Positions 13,326 through 28,870 of a stretch of 64,000 nucleotides of DNA are shown piece after piece; the first letter of the stretch is position 1; every line of letters begins with the position of its first letter. Position numbers and translations under genes: made by a program. The notes under the pieces were generated by a model. It saw only the letters and a list, made by a program, of their open reading frames with translations, made no database searches and was not told the origin of the DNA. Source of the stretch: Octopus vulgaris (lineage: Eukaryota); NCBI GenBank assembly GCA_951406725.2, contig OX597814.1, positions 132,742,001 to 132,806,000 of the forward strand. The letters run 5' to 3'.

Positions 13326-13481
13326 TGTGTGTGTGTATGTATGTATGTATGTATGTATGTATGTATGTATGTATGTATGTATGTATGTATTTATGTATGT
13401 ATGTATGCATGTATGTATGTATGTATGTATGTATGTATGTATGTATGCATGTATGTATGTATGTATGCATGTATGTATGTA
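13326..13481. repeat. (TATG)n microsatellite
   Basis: Directly visible. Confidence 0.96.
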
Positions 13482-13849
13482 TTACGTTTGTATGTTTGTT
13501 TGCATGTATGGTAACTTCCTAGGAGGTACGAGCTGGTTCCTAACAAAGATACAATGCTTCGTCCTTTGGAATGTAGATACGAAAAACAAATACGAATTTT
13601 ACACTTGAAAAAGTCTTGCATATTTTACTGTTCCACTTAGAGATTTTAATTGTAATGTGCAAATTAGCTGGTTGATTTCTTTTTCAGGAGAATCGAAATC
13701 TATAGAGAATGTAACATTTAGACTATATAGAATATCGCATTTAGTTACAAAATCAAGTGTACCAATTATTATTGGCATAAAAGTGAGTATGTAATCTGGA
13801 TATAGAAACTGGAGGTTTCCAAACAGTTATCCTTTCTCTTCGATATTTA

Positions 13850-14900
13850 GAGATATTCACATCAGCAGCGCAGCTAGCTTCTATTAACAGTTTCTGTTGC
13901 ATCTTGGAATACCAAGAACTTCACTGTCTCTTTTGATTATTAGCAATTTCGTAGTAATCTCTTGTTCTTGGATTGTATATGCATAATCGAATTCTGATGT
14001 GATGTTGCAGTCACGAGTCAAAGAAAGGTTGCACTTCATGTTGATATTACTGTCTTCTTCAAGTCTTCAGGAAACACCCTCACGCAAATTCTTTTTAGTT
14101 ATGCTGAGCCTCTCACATCCAGATCTTCTTTGAGGTATGTTAGTTCGGCTGTTTTGGAGTTGTATGGGAGAAAATCCGAAAGTAAGTATTTTCTGAGGAG
14201 TTCACTACCGAAACGTAGAATGTTGTTCTCTTCTCTTTTCAGCATTAATTGTATGTATTCACTCTCGTTTTGCAAGTGCTGTCTGAGAGAGAGACTATAC
14301 GACTATCTGGACTAATCCCAAGCTTCTACCTCCGTCTTTTCTTATGTAGAGCCTGTCGATATCACTGTTTCAATAGAAGTTTCTAATCGATGCCAGGGTC
14401 TTGTGGATTTTGATCTCTATAGTGTGGATTTCCTCTACACACCAGTCAAGTATCTCAAATGCTGTAATCAACACTGGTGGTACTGCAAATTCATTCTGGG
14501 GCATTTTCTTGTCGTAAGAGGAATGCTCCGACGACCATACTTTTCGATGTCTGGTATAATATTCTTCGATCACTCAATCTTTATTCACAGCGCCTTGCCA
14601 CCTTGATATGATACGTTTTTATCAATGCTTTCGAACGTGTAACATTCTTTTGTGAGAAACAGAAGAGATATTGAGACCATTGACACAAGTTTTGGGTCTA
14701 AGCGACTGATTTTTCATGGTCAACAATTAAATAGGAACATTTCTTTTGGCAAAATTCCATTCCTATGTCAGCTGAAAATGCTGCTATTAACATCAGCTGA
14801 TGTTTGGCACCATAAATAGTTTTAGCATAAAATTTCAAGTCACAAATAAATTATGTCACATTAATATCTCTGGAACTTGCAAAACAGTATGTAGACATTT
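13850..14900 (-). mobile_element. Degenerate R4/Dong-like non-LTR retrotransposon (RT C-terminal region)
   Basis: EEYYTRHRKVWSSEHSSY..FAVPPVLITAFEILDW..EEIHTIEIK, then SDIDRLYIRKDGGRSL (HPKSDVDRLY..R..GGRGL motif), then YTIQEQEITTK. Many lesions. Confidence 0.8.
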
Positions 14901-15737
14901 GATTTTTGTAACAGGCATTATAATAGATTTTCATGCTAAAATTACAGAAAGACTATCTACTTGAAATATTCCTTTTGAAATATTTATAACATTAGAGACG
15001 ACGATATGTATGTATGTATATATGTATGTATGTACGTATGTATGTATGTAAGTATGCATGTATGTATGTATGTATGTATGTATGTATGTATGTATGCGTG
15101 TCATCAGGTTGTTGCTTTTTTCTAAATGGTTGATATTATAGGAAGGTCAATTCTGAATTACATCAGTCTAAAGTAATCAACTTGATTTTAATGGTCTTTA
15201 GTTATTCCTTATTCCGTCGGATTATGATATATATTTTCGTATTGCTTGTGTTTTTGTTGTTGCTGTTATTCGAATAGAAATAGGAATGAAAATTGTTCCG
15301 CCCTGATCATTATGTAATTTTACGAATACCTAGGACTTTATTTATCCGTTCTTCCCTAAACTTTAACGCAGAATCGATGGAGTGGCTGTGAAATTAATTT
15401 TGTATTTCGAACAACCATACAGAAATTCAGATATTGACGTGTATTGAGCTATGTGTAGTCGCAGTGTATCTCTTGCTATATCAGTTCTAAACAAATCCTT
15501 GCACATAAAGATTGCAAAATTGGACTGTGATTATGGTTGCCTAGCGATTGTTCGCATTTCCCATCATTGAAATTCAATGATCAATACAATAAAAGTTTGT
15601 ATTATGTGCCTATTGCTCTTCCAGTTTTCTTCTACATTGTAAGATGGCAAAATTGCATGTATGTAAGGGATAATGTAAAATGAAATGATGACGATCATGG
15701 CAACAATATTAATAATAACAATTACAGAAACAACGCC

Positions 15738-16030
<293 letters not shown>

Positions 16031-16346
16031 TGATGATGATGATAACGACACGAACAACAACAAAAATAACAACAATTGATATAATGATAATAATGCTTTC
16101 ATAAAAATATTCTCAGCTGTATTAAATGCCGTTACGTATTGGATATTTATGCGTATCGTATAATAGATAAACATATTCATTGTAAATGCCGAAATACGAT
16201 AAAACATTTGTTTAGCCACTGGCTTGTTATGATGAATAACATGCTCAGTCTATTAAATAGGTTTTACATTATAGAGAATTTACTAAACATCACGAGCAAT
16301 CTCCAGTGATAAGAACAGTACTCTTACAAAAGCAGCAGTAATTATT

Positions 16347-16426
<80 letters not shown>

Positions 16427-16454
16427 GGTGGTGGTGGTGGTAGTGGTGGTGGTG
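16347..16454. repeat. Compound (GCA)n(GTA)n(GTG)n microsatellite
   Basis: Directly visible. Confidence 0.92.
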
Positions 16455-16537
16455 TCAATAGCAGCAGTGATGCTCAGACACTGATTGATTTCTCACCGCG
16501 TGAGCAAAGAGCGAGTGTCTATGATTCGTATAGCCTT

Positions 16538-16602
<65 letters not shown>

Positions 16603-16788
16603 TGTATGTGTGTGTAGGCGTATATACGTGTTGGTATATGCATTTATATGTTTTTATTTCAAGCTGTATGTAAAATAATGTAACAAATAAACTCAGTTAA
16701 TACAACAGTTTTAGCAGAGTCCACAGTTAACTTTCACAAGGAAAAAGGCTGAAAGTCACGTCGAAGTTTTTGCCTCACTGCCAGCCTC

Positions 16789-17085
16789 CGGTGACCAGGG
16801 TTCCAGTCGATCCAATCAATGGAGCAGTCTGCTCATGAAATAGACCTGCATCTGGCTGAACACGTCGTACCCTTAACGTACCTCGCTGGGAGATTCAGCG
16901 TGACACAGTATGTAACAAGCCTGGCTCTTTGAAAAACAAGTACTTCTCATTTTTGCAAGCAGAGTGGACTGGAGCAACGTAAAATAAAGTGCTTTCCTCA
17001 AAGATACAACGCGTCGCCAGGAATCGAACTCTCGACTTTATGATCGTGGGTCGAATGTCCTAACAACTAAGCCATGCACCTTCAC
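16789..17085 (-). mobile_element. tRNA-derived SINE, family C head and core with a different tail
   Basis: Shares ggagcaacgtaaaataaagtg...ggaatcgaactc...ccatgcaccttcac with 11830-11956; the 3' half differs. Confidence 0.82.
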
Positions 17086-17617
17086 ATATCAGACATATAT
17101 CACAAAGTAATTCTGATGAAATTAACATGAAACTTCGAAGTCATTGTCATCCATCTCTTTGCAAAAGAATACACGCACACACGCACATGCTTATATATAC
17201 AAGATGAGTATATAGGGATAAATTATCCAGGTGTTTATAGTAATAGCTCTCAGGTATATTTCAGGTTCCACTTAAGCTCACCAAGTAGTAAGAAGCATCA
17301 AGGATCTCTTAGAGATAGCCATCTCGCAGAAATTCTTCTGATGTGTAAATCCAGGGAATCGAACCCTGGATTATGAATACTTTCGGGTGTGTAAACTCAA
17401 AACAATTACAAAGAATAAGGAGACTAATATGTCTTCAAACTTTTCTTCGGACCACGTTTGTGGAAACAAGTGTCGGTCATTTTAACTAACTAATTATGTT
17501 GCATAATTTACTGCTAAATTAAAAGATAAGTTTGAAGATCTATGAGTGTCCGTACTCTTTGCATATATGTGTGTGTGTGTTTCTGTGTATTTGTGTATGT
17601 GTGTGTGTGTATGTATG

Positions 17618-17698
<81 letters not shown>

Positions 17699-18776
17699 CC
17701 TGATTGAACTCCAGAAAATATGACTGTTATTCGGTACAAATCTGACCGTCGATTTAAATTATATGTGATTGAATAGATTAATCTATAGCTAGATAGATAT
17801 CACAAAGCATATTTAATTCAAAATCTTCATATACCTATTTCAAGATGATATCTCAAACTCGGTGACAATATATCATTACAAAATCTGAGAACTATAACGA
17901 AGTTTCATGAATTTTTATCTCATGTTTGTTTTCTTTTATTTGAAGATATATATGTGTGTGTATGTATGTGTGTCTATAATACACACATGCACACACACAC
18001 ACACACGCATACATACAGACATATGTATTTCGTTTCTGTGTTTTCATTCTCGGTTTCTCTTTCTTACCATGTATTCAACCTGTTTACTTTGTAGACATTT
18101 TATTTATAATTTTCTTGATGTATCTGCCTGTTATCTTTTTTTTCTTTTTTCTTCTTTTGTGTTTTATTTTTCCTATTAGAGAGTTTATCAGTTTATCATT
18201 CGGAAAAAGGGATATGTGCTGTTATAATCTATTAATTCTAATTTTGTTGTAAGTCTTCGCCTTTACACGACATAAATCTCTTTAGCAACATTACTTAGTT
18301 GACTTGTATAATAGTCGATGAAAGTACTGCAAGAATTTAATCTTCTAAGACTTCATTTTATTCAGCTACGACAGATTTGAAATCTCGCTGGAAAGCAATG
18401 ACATAAAGAAGCTCAATAATTCTTGAGAAGAAAAAGATAAGACATTTCCGTATTAGAATTTAGCTATCAATTTCCACTGTGCCTGCTGGTGTTGTTGCCA
18501 TCATTGTTGAATCTCAGGTCTTTATTATCATGCAGAACTATGAGCCAACGTATTCTTTCCGAGAATATGAACCCTTTTTAGGTATATCTAATATATATTC
18601 CTCTGTGTTTGTTAAACCATCGTTATTATTTAAAGGGTTTTCGGATGACATATCAAGTTGTTCTAAACAAAAAAAAAAGGTTGTGCTTATTCAGTAGAAG
18701 ATGAAAATGTTCCCGCAGCTATGGAGTGATTATCCAAAGCATAGGCGTAAGACTTAACGATATTTAAGTTCTTAAA

Positions 18777-19007
18777 GGCGGTGAGCTGGCAGAATCGTTA
18801 GCACGCCGGGGGAAATGCGTAGCCGTATTTCGTCTGCCGTTACGTTCTGAGTTCAAATTCCGCCGAGGTCGACTTTGCCTTTCATCCTTTCGGGGTCCAT
18901 TAAATAAGTACCAGGTACGCACTGGGGTCGATGTAATCGACTTAATCCGTTTGTCTGTCCTTGTTTGTCCCCTCTGTATTTAGCCCCTTGTGGTTAGTAA
19001 AGAAATA
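18777..19007 (+). mobile_element. Young full-length tRNA-derived SINE, family A, with 18-bp TSD
   Basis: A-box-like gagctggcagaatcg and B-box gagttcaaattc; core gcctttcatcctttcggggtccattaaataagtacc (resembles the Meta/MESC domain, from memory). TSD gatatttaagttcttaaa (18759-18776) / gatatttaagctcgtaaa (19008-19025). Confidence 0.93.
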
Positions 19008-22000
19008 GATATTTAAGCTCGTAAACCATGGTATCGTGAAACGAATTGAATTTTCGGTATTAGATAGAAAACATTAGCTGCCAAACGAACGTTTCAATTT
19101 TTAGTTCAAATTCCAACGTTGTTGCATTTTCCATTCAACGCTGTATCATAAATCAATAGAATGTAATTTTGTAGGTTCGCGCACATATGTCTTCTACAGC
19201 AAATACTGATATTTCTGTTAAAATCGTTGAAGAATATATAGAAAATAATTTTTGAAAAGAAAGTCGAATGTCGAATTAAATTACAATATTTTATGTAATG
19301 TCTTTATGAATAAAAATTCAATGTCTACTTGGATTGATTAGTTTTTAACTCTTTCAGGAAATAACGAAATAATACAGAATACTGATATCGGTACTGTTTG
19401 GTATCACTGTCACATGTTATAAATTTGGTTCTTCTATCCAGAAAAAAAAACAAGGCAAAATGACAATGTTATGAGGTTGCAGGCATGATATACTAGTAAA
19501 TATATTTGTGTACTAACACATATGTGCGTAAATATATAGCACACAATATAGATTATATAAATACACGACAAATACTACCAGGTAATAACTAACTTCTCTT
19601 AATATAACCTGTCCAACTCATGTCTTTCCTCAATTATTACCTCTAATGTCTCTCACTACTCAAGACCTTCATTAACAATTTTGCTCATTCTTCTTCCGTT
19701 TGTCAACATTGACATCTCTGAAGATTCTTTCCCCGCAGACGTTGACTTCGAGATATTCAAGTTTGAAAACTACATTGATATGGCCAGTTTCAGACGTCCG
19801 GAAAAAGACGTAGTAAAGTTCCTCTTTTTGACTATACCACAAAGATGCTTACATTTGATGAGGGCATATGTGATATGAAATCATGTGAATTTTATTCTAG
19901 GATCGTATAACAGTTCAGAATACGTGAATAGTTGACATATTGCTAACGGATTTTGTTTCCAAATTAAAATTCATCAAAAGTTGTTACACAGCATTCATCT
20001 TTTGAGAATCTGAGTGGCATTGTAAGATACGTGGTATTAGAGGAGTACTATGAAGCATACTTAAAATTTAGATGAGTGATTATATCAAAGTTTTGTTACC
20101 ATTCATTGCGTAATTATTTACCGGTTATTCAAAGTATCAAGAAATAAATGTGAAAATTACACTGCGAGCCACTCATATACAATTCATTAATAACTTCAAT
20201 ATAGCTGCGACGAGCTGACAGTTTTATTAGAACATTGAAGCCAATATCCTGCGGTATTTGTATTCTGGGCTCAAATTTTCTCAAGTGCTTTTCATTCATT
20301 CATATTCGATAAAATAAAATACCTGAGAATTATTGGGGTCTATGGCAACGAACTGATAATACTATAACAATAATATTGTAATAGCATTAAGAATTGGAAT
20401 TATGTTCCGTTTCTCTACATCAGACGTTTCAAAGGTTGATAACTTTAGGATTTGATCGATCCAACTCACTACTCTCATCTTTTTCAAATTTCTCGTCTTT
20501 TGCTTAGTTAAGAAGTCATCAATTTACAAGGTGTGATAAGAGCGGCGTGCTGGAGTAACAAATTATCTGTTCTAATTTTCGATTCATTATTTAAACTACC
20601 TCACTACAATTAAGCTGATAATTCTCGCGTAAGAAAAAATACATAAATAATACCCCACTCTCTCTTTTCACGCTCATCAAACTAAACCATCTTGGTCCCT
20701 AAGAGAGAAGCTACTCCTACTCTAATTTATTGAATTTCCTTATTATATATGAGCAAGTATATTTGCAATATTGACTTTATTTTTCCAAAACACTAAGGTC
20801 TTATTTTAAGTGCTGAGGAGGCTATGTGTTATTTAAGTCTTTCTCTACGGCAACAACTTCGTACAAGAAGTTTATAACGGTGATTGAAACTCTCTTGATT
20901 TGTCATTATCTCACCTCTATATCCACACAGTCAGTCAACATAAATAGAAACTATATTAAAATAATTATAATACTATCTAAATATACACCTCATTATATAT
21001 TTAGATAGTATATCTAATAAAGAATTAATTTGAATATTTCATGAACTTCTGTATAGTAGCCTATTATCAATTGTATGAATTATACTGACTCTATTGTAAT
21101 GGCTATTGTATTACATTGAGTGTTATATTGATTAACATAATAGGGAATGTACAAATTTAGCATTATATATATATGCCATTAATAGGGTCATATTCGGCAG
21201 AATCAATAGAGATGATAATGGAAAGTAGGAGAACAGTAAGTAAGAACTATCCCATAAACTAATTATATCCAACGTAATCCACGATCAGCTTTCTTAATTA
21301 ATGTATTTTATTCTCTGTACTATGTTCCTCATTCTGCATAACTGAGAGAAATGCCAACAATTTACAATGGAAATATGGTATGAAAGGGATTGCAGTCATA
21401 TAAAGGACCAATTAACGGTTTTATATAATAGTTAGAGAAATGTTACAAGTCAAGAGTTACATACAAGTAAAAGTTCCTTTTGCTTTAACAATAAGTCTGA
21501 ATGCCTCCTTGAAGATGCACTGACAATATTGACCAAGATGGTTAAAGGTCACGGCACTAATTCCAGGATCTTTTGTTTTTCATCTTTCTGCGGTCGATAA
21601 CATAAGTACTGGTGAAATACTAGAGAGAGTATTATCAAGTAAATAGCACTCTTGTAACTTCTCCGATGGAAACTATATAATGATTAACAATGATCTATAC
21701 ATGTTTACTTGCAGTCATTTCAACAGCAGAAATTCTTTGATGTTTAAGGTATTAGCATAAAATAACTATCAACATGGATAAAACATTGAAATAATAGAGT
21801 GGTAAATATCGAATTGTTCCTGAATCTTAGGGATAATGTTTGTAGGAGATTGGTGCAAAGAATTAAATCGATAAATGGTAATTAATTTTTGAAAACCAAA
21901 AGATTGAAATACAAAGCTTATCACAGCGGACATAGAACACACAACATATGTCGATGACAGCTCTTCTCTTAGGCATTTAATTCAACTCTACTATTCTTAC

Positions 22001-24069
22001 CGAGTCAACCATTTACAGTTTCTATGCAGTCGTTCGACCAGCTAGAAATTATAGTCACCACACTCTACATATAAAAAATTGTGAAATGAAATCTCGAAAA
22101 TAATTAATGGTCACGAATGGATTGTTTATGGTTAGAGGTTTTATTTTTTTAACTAGGACTGACTTAAGTTAGCAGTGGGGATTATGTATTTGACGAAGAA
22201 AGAGATCCTATATTTTAAGAGAGTCACCAAATGGAAACGTTAACGTTTACGACTTTCCCCGATGCCATAGCTGCGTCATTGATGTGAAATATCTTCAATG
22301 CGGATCGATATCAGTTGTTGAGAAATCATCTCACAATACGATGCTCTTCCTCTCTGCATAGTAAATATTGATTAAGTTTTGATAATAGGGAATGAGCTAC
22401 ATTTCATAGAGGTGGATGTCGATAATCGTGACGTTTATAAGATTTCCAGTTATATATCAGTGGTATAAGAGCTTTGTTTGAAAGTGTATTAATGCTTGAA
22501 CTTGCAAGGAGATTAATTTCTACGCGTGAGTTAGTAAAAGCTGTTTCAATTACGTAACTAAACCATTTTTGTAATTGCTAGATTTATCACTATACCTGGA
22601 AATTTTGTCGGCAATGTCAGCAAAATGTCCAGTTCTGATCGCAAGTTCTACTCCCACGTAGATATGATTGGATAGTGAACTATTCGAATTACATTCTCTA
22701 ATAAAAAAAAATTAGATATTGTAGTTTACAATTACATTGCTAATTAGTCTACTCATGACTAACTTTGGAAGCACGCAAACATTATCATGTAGTCTTTTAA
22801 AATATGTGGATATATTTAGATCATTTATCGTTGGAAAATAAACAAGGGTAATTTTTATTGATTCGTGTTTCTGTCAATGGATCGTTTTGAACAAGATATT
22901 GGGGCTTATTTAATAGGACAGATAAACAGGAAAGAGAATGTATCCAAGATTAGAACCAAATGCTAGAAATATTGTAATTTAGTTTGGCATTCAGTAGTCT
23001 CTGTCTTGTTTACCAGTCATACTAAACTGAAACGATGATTATTTGAATACCAGATAATGCCTAAAATAAGGGTGTACGATATCTGTAGACGATACAATGC
23101 ATCCATGAATTAAATCCACGATCTTACGATCTCGAGCCCCAAACCTAAACAATGAACTACTCGTCTTCACTAATTAGGTGTACAAGAACTCAAATTACTC
23201 ACCGGATATTGAATTCATTTAACAGATTATATCACTATGCAATGCCCTTGCTTCACTTCAAAATGTAAAATTTTAATAAGTTGATATGTAAGATATAAAT
23301 ATTATCAAAATATGATTAAGAATTTCAACATCCATTCATCCAGAGTTGAAGCTCCAGAGAGCACTTGTGTGCAAGCAGGTATCGTTTCATGTACGACTGT
23401 TTTTTCAACAGTCTTTTTTTATTTTACCTATCATAAATGCAGGTACTGTCCATCGGAGAAACCTCAACAGATTCTGTCTACTCAGTTTCCCTTACAAGGA
23501 TTGAATCGACCCAAAGCTATTGTAAAACCAAGTATCAAGTTGTCACTCACACCTATGTACTGGGATGGAACGAAGGAGGAGAAATTCTGAACCACTCGAG
23601 CTTACCTCTGTTCATGATACGAATACATTTCAATTATCGTAATTATAACCAGTTGCACGCAAGGTGGTTTTGTGTTACATGAACAAATCCTTTTTAGTTC
23701 ATGAGAATAAAATTTCTTATTGCGCTTATATAAAACCATTCCTTAATTGTGTGCTAATAAATTACACATGTCACCTTACAGCTACTGAAGTTAGCGGTTA
23801 CCACCTTCATGACTGAATGACAAACATCTGAATTACACTTACTATACAACCTGTAACTAAGTTTGTTGCTACTGGTGATTGTAGCATGCCTCAATATAAA
23901 TCAATATTCCATATTTAGCTTTTATATGAATGCACTCACTCATACATCTAACATTATTACAGTTCATTCACTTTGGTGTTTATGCATAATCTATATGTAT
24001 AAAAATACGCACACACACACACACACATATAATATACATATTCTTGTGTGTCACTGTATTTGTATCATG

Positions 24070-24330
24070 GTTGCTGGCAAAATCAAGTGGTTATAGAGTT
24101 ATTTAACACAACCGCGCATCAAACAGCCATTTGTAAATAAAATTGAGTACAAGGCACGAAAGATGGGCTGTGCCTGCAATTCGAAGACCAGCCTAGTCAC
24201 AATTGTGTCACTTGTTTCTGCCTAAGGGTTATGTAAAGTCTACAAGTCAATGTGGAATGCTCAGCTATTTAAACAATAACTCAATGAACAGGTAGTACTG
24301 TTGATCAAACTACTAGAATATTGATCACCG
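24070..24330 (+). mobile_element. Old degenerate family C SINE
   Basis: Loose similarity to the reverse complement of 16789-16960 (gtcaca..gtgtcac..tgctcagc). Confidence 0.45.
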
Positions 24331-24599
24331 AAACTTTTCATTTACTATATTTTTACCTATGTGCGAGATACTGTGTAAGGTCAATGAATGTGAGATGTCA
24401 ACATATTTAAAAATCTTTCAGAAAAACACTCGTTTGAGAATAAAAGAATATTTAATTTTTCAAAGACGGAAGGATAAATAACAAAGTGAACTGCATGATG
24501 ATTTGAATTCATACCGTATAGACATGCGGTATTAACCGTTTTAGTTATTTAGAAAGGATGCATTATAAGGTATTGATAAAATCTATGATAATTGTTTTG

Positions 24600-25010
24600 T
24601 AACATTAGCACAAGTTTACAAATTTAAGTTTGGGATAAGACAATGAATCCTATCTCTAGACTTGACTGATACCTTGTTCCATCGTCTCTGAAAGGAGGCT
24701 GAGAGAATACTGGTATGATATTGGACATGAACTCAGAAAGGCCACAACTAAATCCACAGAACATTTTATCATGCTATAGTTTCTATCGTTAACTTTCAAA
24801 TTTGTTGGCATGGGCACAAGGTCACAGATTTTGTGTGTGTGCTTATAGTCAATTAGATCGATTGACTGGATCTTATTTCATTGACCCTGGAAAGATGAAA
24901 CGCAAAAATTAACAATGGGCGGGATTTTACACAAACGTAATGTTCCATAACTAAATAACGCAAGGCATTTAATATGTAGCTCTACTGCTTTAAAAATTCA
25001 TTGCCAGTGA
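24600..25010 (-). mobile_element. Two degenerate family A SINEs
   Basis: Remnants such as ttatttcattgaccctggaaagatgaaacgcaaa and gcacaagg. Confidence 0.55.
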
Positions 25011-25810
25011 ATGCTTAATGGAACATTAACAATAATTAAAATCATGATGAAAATGATAACAATGATTATCATCTTCAACAGTCCCGACAATGTCAATATC
25101 AACATTGCGATTATTATCATCTTAATTGGTCATATTATTAGAAATGCACATTATCGAGCAGGAATGCTAGATTTACGTTGATTGTCAAAGAATATCGATT
25201 TACTGCTAGCGCTTTTACATATTTATTATGCATGCATATTTAAAAATTAATGAAAGGTGAACTTGTAATTAATTTAGTGTGAAAAATCGTAATTAATCAT
25301 AACTAATTACGTTTTTTTTATAGTAAGGTGACTTTATATTTTCCTGTCACTAAACTTTTCCTTAGTAAGTGAAACCCTGTTTCGAAAACTATTGTTTCTA
25401 TTCCTTTATTCCTCTATTATTTTGTTTCTGTTCCTCCGGGTTATACTTACAAATAGTTACATCGAAGCAATTTTTTTTGTGTTCAAATATTCAGATTGGT
25501 TCAAACGGACCTTTACCTTTTATATTGTATGCTGCATGGTTTAATATTTTATTGTCTTACAATTATCTTTCTATACATATATTTTTGAACTCTTTGCATT
25601 TAGTCGTATGTTTGTATGAAATTATTACGAAGGAAAACCAGACCACTCATTGTCATAAAAATGCAACAATATTAAGCCATTCGAATTCAGTTTGCCTAAG
25701 CACATCTAGTTCAACTAACCGGAATCTTCCGACCAGCTGGAACAGTTAACGGCAGGGCAGTATGGCAGCTCTCTTCAAGTAACTGAACTGAGGCAGTGCC
25801 TGCGTATGTG

Positions 25811-25853
<43 letters not shown>

Positions 25854-26939
25854 AAACTTGGATAATTTGTGGTCCGCAGTCGTTGTCGAATGGAGGACAT
25901 ACGATATTCAAAGGGTGTTTGAAACCATGTGAAGACATTACTGTCTCGTTTCCTTTTTTCATAAGAAGCGGACTATATCACTGTTGATGTGGAAATTTCT
26001 TTAATACATAAAATATTTCCGGTTTTCAAATCAGTGGCCCGGATTTCATATATCTTACAATCGAATATCCCGTACACATATGTATGTATGCATAGATGTA
26101 TGTATGTACATTGGACCATCGATTTACGGGAAAATTCATACGTTATAACGCAGGTAATTTTTTTGTGTATATATTTCTGTTTTTTATCGTAGGTTTTTCT
26201 TGCCTCTGTTTTATGTTTATTTTACTATTCCTTTTCATTGTAACTTTCTCTTTAATGTTTTCTCTCTTCTACTTTCTCTCCTTCTCTCTCTCTCTCCCTC
26301 TCTTTCTCTCTCTCTCTCTTTGTGTCTCTGTCTCCATCTTCTTTTCAGTTATTTTTGAAATCTTTATTTATGGTGTCATTGGTATGTTAGATAGGATTCC
26401 TTTCAGTATTTGTCCTAGCACTGACTTCATATCCTACTGAGGTCAACATTGCTTTTCATTAATTTAGGACGATAAATAAACTACGTTAAGTATAGAGATC
26501 GATAATTCTCTCCCACTCTCCTCTCCTTAATTCCCTTTCGCTTAAAATGGATTAAGATGCTTTGTGAGAAAGCCAGAGAGTATCAATCACTGTAGAACTT
26601 CCCTCCAAGGCATATAATACACTTTCCTTCAGTTGAATATGTCCGATTGGGCACTGGTAGTTTATAATAAATTGCCAGGTGTATAGTTTATAATTATTCC
26701 TCGTTGAGTGAGACATGATATAGGAATAACGGTAAGGAACCTGATAAAATGTCTTGCAGTGTGGTTCTTCCAGGTCTTTAAGGTCCGATTTGAAAACGAA
26801 CTGCTATTAAGTCTGATTTTATCCTTCCTGGTTCGAGAAAATAAAATACCGGTCAACTACTTTTGGCAAATAATCCCACAACAGTCGACTTGTATAAGGA
26901 TATATTTATATATTTTTCTTTTACTTATTTTCTTCCTCA

Positions 26940-27133
26940 ATTTGTTTCAACCATTTGACTGCAGCCATGCTGGATCACCGCCTTTGGTCGAACAAATCTA
27001 CACCAGAACTTATTCTTTGTAAGCCTAGTACTTATCCTATCGGTCTCTCTTGCTAAATCACTAAGTCAGGGGGACGTAATCACACCAACATCGGTTGTCA
27101 AGCGATGGTGGGGGGACAAACACAGGCACACAA

Positions 27134-27206
<73 letters not shown>

Positions 27207-27328
27207 TTTCTTCCAGTTTCCGTCTACCAAATCCACTCACAAGGCTTTGGTCGGTCCGAAGCTATAGTAGAAGACACTTACTCAGTCCGGAACCATGTGG
27301 GTCGGAGGTAAGTTTCTTACCACTCCTG
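26940..27328 (-). mobile_element. SINE family B with internal (CATA)/(TA) microsatellite
   Basis: Minus-strand head gtggtaagaaactt..accacatggttccgg, core aagtgtcttctactatagc..gaccaaagccttgtgagtggatttggtagacggaaactg, tail gcggtgatccagcatggctgcagtcaaatg. Matching pieces at 28.95, 34.6 and 48.9-49.8 kb. Confidence 0.88.
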
Positions 27329-27331
27329 TGA

Positions 27332-27416
<85 letters not shown>

Positions 27417-27419
<3 letters not shown>

Positions 27420-27640
27420 GCGAGCTAGCAGAGTCGTTATCGCCCTGGGAAAAATATTTAGAGGCATTTACCCGAATTAACTTTCTGAGTTCAAAAGCTG
27501 CCGAGAGCGACGACTTTGCCTTTCATCCTTCCTAGGTCGATAAGATAAGTACCAGTTAAACACAGGAGACGATGTAATCGAGTTAATCTCTTCCCCTCTA
27601 CTTTGAAATTGCAGGCCTTGTGACAAAATTTTAAAAATAT
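27417..27640 (+). mobile_element. tRNA-derived SINE, family A
   Basis: aaggcgagctagcagagtcgtt...gactttgcctttcatccttcctaggtcgataagataagtaccag. Confidence 0.87.
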
Positions 27641-28209
27641 AAATATATATATCCGTAAAAATTCAGGCTTGTGCACATGCATATGTATATATGTGCATAA
27701 GAAAACAAAAAGATGACAACGAAAAGTAAATGCACAACGAACTCCATGAAAAGCTTGGCAACTTAAAGCCATTTGTATAACAATGAAAATCGACAGTCAC
27801 TCTAATTAAGGTGCAAGTGACAAGCGCCCACACAAAAATCTTTTGATGACGTAGGAATACTGTCCACCAATAGAAATGAATATTCTATTGGAGCTTCATT
27901 ACAAATCGATAGCTTTTTATTTCTAATATGCACACAGTTGTTTCTCGATCGTTTCGAGTTACGCTAACATTTTCTTTTGTAATTTCTGTTTATCTCTCTC
28001 TCTCTTTCTCTCTCTCCCCCTCTCTCTTTATATATATATGTATATATATATTTACACACACACATAATATAAAGATATGTATATACATATGTATACCTTT
28101 ACACAGGTATACATATCTATCTATTTATCTGCTTTATTTGTCTGTCTGTCTTTCTATCTTTCTATTTATTCATTTATCTATCTATAGATAGACAGACAGA
28201 CATACAGAC

Positions 28210-28286
<77 letters not shown>

Positions 28287-28320
28287 TAATGTTAGTCTGC
28301 ATTTCCGTCGCGGATGAGAA

Positions 28321-28353
<33 letters not shown>

Positions 28354-28354
<1 letters not shown>

Positions 28355-28870
28355 GCAATGAAAAATTGTAAAAATGCAGAATGCTCGATTGAAAGAAAAT
28401 TTTAATGAATTGAGAAAATGAAAAAATATAGAAATATATATTTATTCAAACCGGTTTTCGTCATAGTTTGACTTATCCCATTGGATCCTAATACCTCAAG
28501 GTAATTTTTTCATGAACAATCATTAAACTCAAGATACACAACAAACTCACAATGTATCGGAGTACTTATTTTTTAATTTTTATACATATTTACTACTATT
28601 AATTTTTATACATATTTACTACTATTATTCTTTTGCAAAAAACAATGCAACTTTTTTTCCCCTTTCTCATTTTTAAAAAACCTTTTCACCTAACTATTCT
28701 TGATAAGTCAAACTATGACGAAAACCGGTTTGAATAAATATATATTTCTATATTTTTTCATTTTCTCAATTCATTAAAATTTTCTTTCAATCGAGCATTC
28801 TGCATTTTTACAATTTTTCATTGCTTCTCATTTCTCCATGTGCGGTCAACACAACCTCACCATTTATTGA

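Noticed and set aside
22200-22900. Possible AP-endonuclease LINE remnant on the minus strand
   Set aside because: Only a weak GDFN-like trace; not supportable by eye.
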